Virus record (IMG/VR): IMGVR_UViG_3300020043_000527
Location: 1-24,240 of that record
DNA length: 24,240 bases
Reading direction: 5' to 3' (one strand)
Source of the DNA: a virus
Lineage: Duplodnaviria > Caudoviricetes
Below, in pieces: positions 17,592 to 24,240 of the stretch. Under the pieces are notes generated by a model. It was not told where the DNA came from, ran no database searches, and saw only the letters and a list, made by a program, of their open reading frames with translations. The number at the start of each line of letters is the position of its first letter. Within the stretch, counting starts at the first letter, position 1. Both the position numbers and the translations under genes were made by a program.

Positions 17592-18092
17592 TTAATTAAA
17601 CATTACTTCAATAAGTGAAGTAATAGGCGGTGCTTCTGAAAAAGTAAGCGTTGTGCTGTTTACCGTATATGTATTTTTATTTTGGTATACGCCATTGATA
17701 TAAACAAACGTGTAATTTTCACCAAAAGATGCGGCGCTTAATGTAAATACAGTTTGTGATCCAGTGCCTGTAAAGTTTTGTACTTGATACGATGCCGCAC
17801 CAATACCATAAACATTGTCGTATGTTGCAATCAATACGTCAGTTGAGTCGGTAAGGACAAACTTATACGCCGCTGATGTAATCCAAATTTCACCGCCGCT
17901 AGGCACTCGGCCAGCAGCGTCCAAAACAACGGGGTTTGTACGAGCAACATTTCCAGCGCTAGTCGTGTAGCTAACTAAAGGAGTAGTTGTGCCAGCCGCA
18001 TAGGTGTACAACTTACCGCCGGTCAAAACAGCGCCGGTGTTGGTAAAGAACTGGGCCGCAACGCCGCCCACTGGGGAGAGAAATACGGCCAT
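17592..18092 (-). CDS. Tailspike head-binding/anchor protein with C-terminal adaptor module
   Basis: QFF...G..L.GGKLYTYAAGTTTP...NPVVLDAAGR N-terminal anchor; FTGTGSQTVFTL...VYINGVYQ...TFSEAPP module. Confidence 0.7.
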   Translation of the reverse strand: MAVFLSPVGGVAAQFFTNTGAVLTGGKLYTYAAGTTTPLVSYTTSAGNVARTNPVVLDAAGRVPSGGEIWITSAAYKFVLTDSTDVLIATYDNVYGIGAASYQVQNFTGTGSQTVFTLSAASFGENYTFVYINGVYQNKNTYTVNSTTLTFSEAPPITSLIEVMFN

Positions 18093-18097
18093 TTAGG

Positions 18098-18262
18098 TCA
18101 CTCCAAAAGAATCAAGCCACCGTCTTCTTGGACGAGATTGTCACCAGATTCGGTGAGAAGGTTGCCCACTGAAGCACCGCTGTCGCGTGTGCCTGTAAAC
18201 AGCGTAGCAATGCCGCCAAGGCCAAGGCCCAGAGCATTGCGAAGGGCGACACCGAAGCTCAT
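18098..18262 (-). CDS. Small virion peptide, 54 aa (MSFGVALRNALGLGLGG...NLLTESGDNLVQEDGGLILLE), not in ORF track
   Basis: ATGA overlap with the upstream stop; its end supplies the GGAG SD for the next gene. Confidence 0.75.
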   Translation of the reverse strand: MSFGVALRNALGLGLGGIATLFTGTRDSGASVGNLLTESGDNLVQEDGGLILLE

Positions 18263-18561
18263 TGCTTGTTGATAGGCTTGCAGTACACCACGCCGTCATC
18301 CGAAATACGGATAGCGCTCACTCGGAAAGGAGCGCCGGTGCCCATGGCCACATAGAACGGGATTGGTGTGAATGCAGGGATCGGGGTGCTAGCAGTCGTG
18401 GCCACAGCACCTGGGCCAACTTCCACATAGCAAGGAGTCGTAGACCAGATCACCACGCCTTCGGGGCCTGGGTTCCAATCAGAAGTGTTAGCAGCAGTGC
18501 CAGTGTAAGACGCTGTGCGGCCTGGGAAGTCGGCTTTTGATAGGGGGTTCAGAAGTTCCAT
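18259..18561 (-). CDS. Hypothetical beta-rich virion protein, 100 aa
   Basis: AAGGA RBS, in operon, Thr/Pro/Ala-rich. Confidence 0.65.
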   Translation of the reverse strand: MELLNPLSKADFPGRTASYTGTAANTSDWNPGPEGVVIWSTTPCYVEVGPGAVATTASTPIPAFTPIPFYVAMGTGAPFRVSAIRISDDGVVYCKPINKQ

Positions 18562-18569
18562 GATGATCC

Positions 18570-18932
18570 TTACGCCAAGAATTTCAATTTGTACAAAGTC
18601 CGGAGATATACCTCAACGATATTATCTATCAATTGTTGCAGTGATGAGTCTGATTTATCACACACATCGTATCTTGCGGCTTCAATTTCAGCAAGCGAAT
18701 CTTGCAGGAATTCAATGATATTAGCCGTCTTTTTGGCCGAATGCAGGGTGATGGGGCCAATCAGACCATGACGGCCTTGGTAGGCTTCAGCAAAGTCGTC
18801 AGCCGCACCAATGATACGGTTGTAAAAGATGTTGAGGGCTTCGTGCTTGCTAAAGCTGCGAGTGTTTAGATGCACGGAATGTGCAACATCCCGCGCCAAA
18901 AACAGCAAGCCTAGAAATTCATTTGCTTTCAT
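18570..18932 (-). CDS. Dps/ferritin-like four-helix protein (DUF5856-like)
   Basis: HSVHLN...SKHEAL..FY...DDFAE pattern parallels the Dps ferroxidase helices; ATGA-coupled to the portal stop. Confidence 0.65.
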   Translation of the reverse strand: MKANEFLGLLFLARDVAHSVHLNTRSFSKHEALNIFYNRIIGAADDFAEAYQGRHGLIGPITLHSAKKTANIIEFLQDSLAEIEAARYDVCDKSDSSLQQLIDNIVEVYLRTLYKLKFLA

Positions 18933-21121
18933 TGTGGCATTCCTTGTGGGGGCATCATTTGTTCTGGTGGCATTTCCATTTCCATAGGTTCCTGCGGAGG
19001 CAGCATCTCAGGCATCTGGTTCATCATGCTCTGCGACTCCATGGCCGCAGCGACCACGCCCATGGCGATGTCTTGAATCTGCTCTTCAGTCATACCGGCC
19101 TGCACCGCAGCAATACGCTTGGTTTCGGCATCGTATGCCTTGATCTGAGCCTCAAAATCCTTGCGCTCCAAGTCCTGCATCTCGATGGATTTGCCGACAT
19201 TCTGGATCATCTGGTGCATCTGCTCCATCTCAGCGCCCATGGCCTGAATCTGTTGCTGCGCCGCCTGCAATGCTGGGTCTTCGTCACCATCGGACAAGAA
19301 CTTAGGATCAATGGTCTTGGCAAAGCGCTTGGACATTTCCTGTGCGCCTGGCCAGTCCATGTTTTTAACGAACAAGTCACCGGCCACTTGCCACAGTTGG
19401 GGATTACCCTGTAACAGCTGAGCCATGGCTTCCAAAGCCTCTTGGCGCTTGGTTGCATAGCCTGGGCCAGTGGTGGCCACCACATCGTACTTGCCAACAC
19501 CAGGGTTGTAGATTTTCTCGATCACAATACCGTTTTGATCCATGATCTTGTTGACGGGTTGCGGCTGGTCAGGATTGATCTTGACCATCTTCGTCTCGCC
19601 GTCTTCACCAATGATGCGAGCGATGCGCTGTGTGTCGTAAATCTTGGGGATCAAGTCCACCAACTGACGGGCCACATGGCGCACGGCACGGGTTAAGTTG
19701 TCACCATAGTGGTAAGTACCTACATCACCCTCACGTTGGCGAGCCAGAATGGCTTTACCAGAGCGTTCGTTGCTCCCCATGCCCAAACTGGCATTGTATT
19801 GACCAGTTGTGGACTTAATGTCCTCAGATGCGCCTGCCTTGGCCTGTAATAGTCCGCTGGAGGCCATTGGCGGCTGTGCCCGCTGGGGTAGTGGCAACAC
19901 GGCGCCTTGGCCGTCTGTAACGTCTGGATTTACTTCGAGGTAAGGCCAGTTGTTCGTGTTGGCTGTCTTCCACTTGTCCTCATAACCCTCAAACTGGCCA
20001 CCATAGCCAATAAACGGAGCTTTGGGCGCCAAAGCCAGCATCTCAGCTTCTTGGCTGACCCAGTAGTTGTACATGCGCTGGGCATCCTTGGCGTTTCTGA
20101 CAAGGCCAGAAATGTAGATACGGCCATCAACCTCAAACTCGTTGCCAACAACACGGATTACGGGGATCCATTTGCCAGCCCACTCTTTTTGTTCGAGGAT
20201 TTCGTAGCCGTTAATCTTGCAATACATCACCCGTGGGCGCTCAGACATGCGTGATCTGACAGGTTTGCCAAACATGCTTTTGAGCATTTTGTCTTCAGGC
20301 GTGCCTTCAAAGGCCGTTTGGTTGCCTGGGTACAAATTCAGCTTGGTTTTGTCGTAGTCAATGTAGTAATAACTGGCAATACGCACTGTGTCTTCATTGA
20401 GCCAGTTGCTGATCGACTGATCGCCTACACCGAGGGACTGAAGCGTAGAAATAGGCGCAGCATCAGGGTACTGGCGCTCATATTCTGCTTTAGTCAGGTC
20501 TTCGGTAATAAAGCAATACTTGGCATCCGCACCCGTTGGGTCTTGCATCAAAGGATCCATGTAGACGCTGAACGAGTTACGAATCCGGCCAATCTTAATG
20601 TCTTGATCGAATGTGTTTTCGTCACAGTACTCGGTCATCAGGGTGATGTAACCCTCGCCGTAGGACACTTGGTTCTCGCAGGCAGTATCGTAGGCCACGT
20701 CAGCGTCAGAGATGTACTCGATATGACGGATCATGCCGTTAAAAACGTCTGCTACTTCCACATCAGCATCGTCATCCACAGGAATAACCCGCGCGCCTGG
20801 GCGATTTTGACGCATGTCATTCGTCACTTGACGAACGTGTTGCGGCAGTTTGTTGATTGTAAGCGTTGGGCGGGCGTTGATTGTCTGACCTTGCACCGCA
20901 CCACGGGTGGCCAGCACGTCAGCAGGCCACTGCCAATGGTTGTCAGGAGATCCGGCATAAAAGCGCAGATCGTCAATTTCGTCTTCTCGACTCTCGGCCA
21001 GTGCGGCGACGGCCATGTCCAACCGAGCGCGGGCGGTTGTCAGAATGTCTGAATCAGACTTTGGTGGTTTGCCGCCAGCAGCTACGTTAGCCGCTGCGAC
21101 TATTCCGGTTGGATCATTCAT
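18929..21121 (-). CDS. Portal protein, P22 gp1 family
   Basis: 730 aa; DDLRFYAG..QW, RPTLTINKL, GLVRNAKDAQRMYNY, SGKAILARQ, GKYDVV..GP.Y.TKRQEA, Gln/Met-rich C-terminal barrel. Confidence 0.93.
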   Translation of the reverse strand: MNDPTGIVAAANVAAGGKPPKSDSDILTTARARLDMAVAALAESREDEIDDLRFYAGSPDNHWQWPADVLATRGAVQGQTINARPTLTINKLPQHVRQVTNDMRQNRPGARVIPVDDDADVEVADVFNGMIRHIEYISDADVAYDTACENQVSYGEGYITLMTEYCDENTFDQDIKIGRIRNSFSVYMDPLMQDPTGADAKYCFITEDLTKAEYERQYPDAAPISTLQSLGVGDQSISNWLNEDTVRIASYYYIDYDKTKLNLYPGNQTAFEGTPEDKMLKSMFGKPVRSRMSERPRVMYCKINGYEILEQKEWAGKWIPVIRVVGNEFEVDGRIYISGLVRNAKDAQRMYNYWVSQEAEMLALAPKAPFIGYGGQFEGYEDKWKTANTNNWPYLEVNPDVTDGQGAVLPLPQRAQPPMASSGLLQAKAGASEDIKSTTGQYNASLGMGSNERSGKAILARQREGDVGTYHYGDNLTRAVRHVARQLVDLIPKIYDTQRIARIIGEDGETKMVKINPDQPQPVNKIMDQNGIVIEKIYNPGVGKYDVVATTGPGYATKRQEALEAMAQLLQGNPQLWQVAGDLFVKNMDWPGAQEMSKRFAKTIDPKFLSDGDEDPALQAAQQQIQAMGAEMEQMHQMIQNVGKSIEMQDLERKDFEAQIKAYDAETKRIAAVQAGMTEEQIQDIAMGVVAAAMESQSMMNQMPEMLPPQEPMEMEMPPEQMMPPQGMPQ

Positions 21122-21351
21122 TCCAAAACCCCTAAAATATGAGGCTCACGCATGACGACATACTCTTTGCCATCTTGCTTAAATTCTTGCCCTACATCGA
21201 AGTATACATGGTCACCAACTTTGATGTCTAGGCATTTTGGCCCAATCGCAACAGCAATGCCAGTACCTAGCTTTTCAGTCTGGGGCAACACAAACAAGGG
21301 ATGCTTCTCAACATCGCGCTCAATGATGATGCAATCTTGCAGTGCTTTCAT
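21118..21351 (-). CDS. GroES/Cpn10-like co-chaperonin
   Basis: KALQDCIII, G.AVAIGP, IKVGDHVYF, DGKEYVVMREPHILGVLE match the Cpn10 consensus; loops shortened. Confidence 0.85.
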   Translation of the reverse strand: MKALQDCIIIERDVEKHPLFVLPQTEKLGTGIAVAIGPKCLDIKVGDHVYFDVGQEFKQDGKEYVVMREPHILGVLE

Positions 21352-21485
21352 TTCTTTTTCTTTTCGGCTTCACGCTTGACTGAGTAGGCAATGGCCACGG
21401 CCTGCTTGACTGGCTTGCCAGCAGCCACTTCAGCTTTGACGTTCTTGCGGAAGGCTTCGGGTGATTTTGATTTAACCAGTGGCAT
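21348..21485 (-). CDS. Small basic protein, 45 aa (MPLVKSKSPEAFRKNVKAEVAAGKPVKQAVAIAYSVKREAEKKKK), not in ORF track
   Basis: TAATG and ATGA overlaps at the two ends; GKP.KQAVAIA motif familiar from phage packaging regions. Confidence 0.8.
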   Translation of the reverse strand: MPLVKSKSPEAFRKNVKAEVAAGKPVKQAVAIAYSVKREAEKKKK

Positions 21486-21637
21486 TATTTCTTCTTCGCT
21501 GTTTTGGCAGATTCTTTGAAGTCCTTGGCCGTAGGCGCCGCCTTGGAGCCAGGCTTGTTCATCTTCTCGCCAGAGCCAGCTTTGATGCGGGCTTGCTTGG
21601 CATGAATGTTTGCATAGAGTCCAGGTTTGGTAGCCAT
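21485..21637 (-). CDS. Small Lys/Ala-rich protein, 50 aa (MATKPGLYANIHAK...SAKTAKKK)
   Basis: Start reassigned to ATG at 21637, just after the upstream stop; PGLYANIHAK motif. Confidence 0.75.
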   Translation of the reverse strand: MATKPGLYANIHAKQARIKAGSGEKMNKPGSKAAPTAKDFKESAKTAKKK

Positions 21638-21638
21638 A

Positions 21639-21899
21639 TCAACACTTCCATCGTTTAAGAGCCGCTTTAGCGCGTTCGCCATCCTTGGCGTTGGCCGCTA
21701 CAGCGCCCATCCTTGCACAAAATGAGTCCTTGCGGCCTTGGTCTGCCTTGGTCTTGGGGTTGGGTGCTGGCGCTTTAAGGTTGGAGCCAGTGGCTGCGTT
21801 GTACTTAGCGCGGCCCTTCTCGGTTAAGCCAGCACCTTTGCTGACCGGCAACTTCTCGCCTCGGCCAACTGACAGTGATACATTCTTTTTGGTAGCCAT
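21639..21899 (-). CDS. Small basic protein (DUF6321-like)
   Basis: GLT.KGR..YN..TGSNLK.P and SFCARM...ALKRWKC motifs; abuts the terL stop. Confidence 0.7.
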   Translation of the reverse strand: MATKKNVSLSVGRGEKLPVSKGAGLTEKGRAKYNAATGSNLKAPAPNPKTKADQGRKDSFCARMGAVAANAKDGERAKAALKRWKC

Positions 21900-23426
21900 T
21901 TACGATCCCATCCAAGATGTTGCTACAGCCGTGCGGTCAGAGTATGCGCGGGTTGTTTGCCTCGCAGTATATTCCCTATGAGCCACAGGAAACGCAAAAG
22001 TAACACAAATTGCGTCTGCTGCGTCAGGACTGGCCAAACCTCGAGCCTTCATGTCCTTCTTGCTCTCCAAAAATATAGTGCCCCTAGAGTCTGGCTTGAT
22101 CATAGGCGAAACCAAATCAGTTTTCAAGAACCTATCTTTGGGGATTGATGCGCTTCTTAGCCAATCCTTCATTTTTCCCCACATTTCGGCCCTTTTATTG
22201 CCATACATGATCGGATTTGCCGATTTATTGCCAAAGTTGACACCTTTGATTTTGTACCTTTGTTCCTTCAAACGGTCAACAATGCCGGCTCCAAGCCCAC
22301 CTTCGTCAATCACAACCAATGCAGGCTTGAATTCCTCAATGGCCTCAATGATGTGGCCAACCACCGTCATGGTGTCATCACCCCTGTGGCGGTCAATGCG
22401 CACAATGTCGCGCCCTTGGCGAATGGCAATCACCGTGGCATCAGCGCCAAAGCGTGCAGGGTCAACTCCAATGATGATGGGGGCAGTTTGATCCTTGTAT
22501 TTCGGTCTGGCCATTGCTTCATCCACAATGTCAGCCGGTATAAACTGGTCATCACCTTCAGACGGAAACTGGCCATAGACCTCAACGTGTGCTTGGGAAC
22601 TGTCGGGGCCGTACTCGTCAATGATGTTCTGGTATACGGCCTTGTCAGTGCCTTCCACGGTTCTGGCGTCCACCACCTTGTTTGACCAGAAGTCGCGCTT
22701 AGAGTTAAAGCACTCATAAAAGTAGCCAGTATTACGCCGTGGATTGGAAAAAGCCAGCCAAAGTCGGTTCGGCGTGTTCTCCGTAAAGAAACCAGCCGTC
22801 ACAGCCCAGATCGAGTCGTCGATACCTGAGGCCTCGTCAAAGATCACCATCACACCATCAAAGTTGTGGACACCAGCGTAAGCGTCTGGGTTCTCAGCAG
22901 ACCACAGCCGGCCCTCAACAGCCCAATACCTTGTGCCTTTTTTGAGGTCTTTTTCAACCAGTTCAGTAAGCCATGACGCAGGCGTGATCTTGGTGGCCGC
23001 GACCTCAAACCAGTGGCTGTTGATGCTCATGGCCAACCACTTGGTGATCTCAGCCCAAGTGACTGCACGCAGCTGGGCTTCGCTGTTGGCCGAAATGATC
23101 GTTGTCGAGCCTATGCGCGTGGATAACATCCAAATGGTAAGCCAACTGACGAGAGCCGATTTGCCAATACCACGGCCAGAAGAGACTGCGTGGCGCAGGG
23201 TTTCAAAGTCAATCAGACCACCTTGGCGCTTGATGTGCGCGGTAATCTCTCTTAGCACTTCGCGTTGCCATTTGCGCGGCCCCTTGAAGTTCGCCAGTGG
23301 CGTGTTTTCCTGACCCCAAGGGAAAGCAAACAACACAAACGCCTCGGGGTCATCGGCAATGGCCGGTGTCCACAGCGTGGCCATCAACTCTTGTTCGTCT
23401 TCGGGCTTGTAAATCGTGGTTTGCAT
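21900..23426 (-). CDS. terL: Terminase large subunit
   Basis: Walker A SGRGIGKS, Walker B VIFDEASG, motif III SNP, RNase H-like GVDPARFG and SPDAADA. Confidence 0.95.
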   Translation of the reverse strand: MQTTIYKPEDEQELMATLWTPAIADDPEAFVLFAFPWGQENTPLANFKGPRKWQREVLREITAHIKRQGGLIDFETLRHAVSSGRGIGKSALVSWLTIWMLSTRIGSTTIISANSEAQLRAVTWAEITKWLAMSINSHWFEVAATKITPASWLTELVEKDLKKGTRYWAVEGRLWSAENPDAYAGVHNFDGVMVIFDEASGIDDSIWAVTAGFFTENTPNRLWLAFSNPRRNTGYFYECFNSKRDFWSNKVVDARTVEGTDKAVYQNIIDEYGPDSSQAHVEVYGQFPSEGDDQFIPADIVDEAMARPKYKDQTAPIIIGVDPARFGADATVIAIRQGRDIVRIDRHRGDDTMTVVGHIIEAIEEFKPALVVIDEGGLGAGIVDRLKEQRYKIKGVNFGNKSANPIMYGNKRAEMWGKMKDWLRSASIPKDRFLKTDLVSPMIKPDSRGTIFLESKKDMKARGLASPDAADAICVTFAFPVAHREYTARQTTRAYSDRTAVATSWMGS

Positions 23427-23461
23427 TTATCTAGCTATCTGATAGAATGATGCTTTGGAGG
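23421..23461 (+). promoter_or_regulatory. Sigma70-like promoter and RBS for the antisense small gene
   Basis: TTGCAT (23421-23426), 16 nt, TAGAAT (23443-23448) preceded by TGn; GGAGG at 23457-23461. Confidence 0.6.
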
Positions 23462-23467
23462 CCATCA

Positions 23468-23656
23468 ATGAAAAAAGTAGTCGCATACTGTGGTTTTAAT
23501 TTTTCAAACAATTCGGCTTATTTGCGGATGCCAGAAGCATTTTGGAGCCAAACAGATGCGCAGCGTCTGGAAATTGTCAATCAATTGCTTGAAGAATTGA
23601 CCAAAGAAAAAGAGCATCTTGAATCTCTTAATCAACTTGATACCCAAGGTATCTAG
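23468..23656 (+). CDS. Small hypothetical protein, 62 aa, antisense to the late operon
   Basis: ATG 6 nt after GGAGG; AT-rich; C-terminal acidic helix (RLEIVNQLLEELTKEKEHLE). Confidence 0.6.
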   Translation: MKKVVAYCGFNFSNNSAYLRMPEAFWSQTDAQRLEIVNQLLEELTKEKEHLESLNQLDTQGI

Positions 23657-23976
23657 CAATATTGTCAATTGCCTCTTGATCCAACCTTTCGCCATGATGG
23701 CTTTTCAGCAATGACGTGCGAATATTGTTGATGTTCTTGCCTTCGGCAAATTTTTTGGCAAAAGTTTTTGGCAACATTAACCGATCAGGCACACCAACAA
23801 TTTGACCTTGAGCATTTTGCAAAGATCCCATAACTTGCGCTTCAAGGCCAGCATTGTATGAGCCATGCTGAAAGTTTGGTGTGACCATCTGGGTGTTGGG
23901 CTTAACGGCCAATAGCGTATGCGCCATACCAGTCTCAGCGCCTGGCTCACTCATTACGTTGTACACATCCTGCCAG
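23628..23976 (-). pseudogene. C-terminal portion of a hypothetical phage protein, apparently 5'-truncated
   Basis: Protein-like from RWQDVY onward; the nominal N-terminus MLFLLFGFLFVAF derives from a low-complexity A-rich tract with no RBS. Confidence 0.45.
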
Positions 23977-24064
23977 CGTTGCGCAAACGCAACGAAAAGA
24001 AAGCCAAACAACAAGAAAAGCATCTGCCACTTAACACAACGTTCATTATGTTAAGTTGACCCTA

Positions 24065-24117
24065 AGTTATCCACAGAATTTAGAGTACTCAAGCATTACA
24101 GTTTGAGTTATCCACAG
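24065..24117 (+). repeat. Direct repeat AGTTATCCACAG x2, each with a perfect DnaA box
   Basis: TTATCCACA at 24067-24075 and 24108-24116, 41 bp apart. Confidence 0.8.
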
Positions 24118-24141
24118 GCAAATATACAGAGGTAAAAGATT

Positions 24142-24240
24142 ATGAATTTGATAGAACTGAACGCAATCAAGAGGCATCTGGACAGCCAGGTCAAACAGAT
24201 CCACAACATCGAGGTGAACTGTTTGCACTGCAACAGTTTT
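24142..24240 (+). CDS. Start of a small CxxC (possible Zn-binding) protein, runs off the window
   Basis: GAGGT SD upstream; MNLIELNAIKRHLDSQVKQIHNIEVNCLHCNSF, open to the end. Confidence 0.5.
   Translation, partial: MNLIELNAIKRHLDSQVKQIHNIEVNCLHCNSF

Noticed and set aside
20318-21052. 244-aa plus-strand ORF opposite the portal
   Set aside because: Same antisense artefact; also applies to the other short plus-strand ORFs within the operon.
21638-21682. 5' extension of ORF 21485-21682
   Set aside because: Overlaps the upstream gene; ATG at 21637 follows its stop directly.
23977-24023. Apparent signal peptide MLFLLFGFLFVAFA, and the hairpin as a terminator
   Set aside because: The peptide is the translation of a low-complexity A-rich tract; the hairpin lacks a downstream U tract on either strand.
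1-24240. CRISPR array, tRNA, integrase, IS element, diversity-generating retroelement or stop-codon recoding
   Set aside because: No spaced repeats, cloverleaf, recombinase/transposase/RT motifs or TR-VR pair seen by eye; genes are intact under the standard code.

Overview
Structural, packaging and lysis arm of a P22-like podovirus (Caudoviricetes). A host among Gram-negative, probably aquatic Proteobacteria is an inference. Almost all genes lie on the minus strand in one tightly coupled late operon. Order from right to left: terminase large subunit, three tiny Lys/Ala-rich proteins, GroES-like co-chaperonin, P22-type portal, Dps/ferritin-like protein, a modular receptor-binding block (anchor, adaptor peptide, two self-cleaving chaperone-tipped fibre/spike proteins), scaffold, P22-type coat, two probable decoration proteins, gp4/gp10-like tail hub, needle-like protein, a cupin+SET-domain fusion, three ejection proteins, and a six-gene lysis cassette ending in a peptidase M15A endolysin. 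Two plus-strand genes converge at the left edge. Most notable: (1) a T4 holin T-like (TM + periplasmic GAF-like) protein beside a second, unrelated holin, suggesting a lysis-inhibition-type signalling cassette in a small podophage; (2) a SET lysine-methyltransferase fused to a cupin inside the ejection module, with Lys-rich mini-proteins as candidate substrates; (3) a two-state RNA hairpin over the scaffold ribosome-binding site; (4) a self-promoted antisense gene whose -35 box overlaps the terL start codon; (5) a right end with two DnaA boxes and apparent sequence junctions. All family assignments come from motif recognition only; no searches were run.
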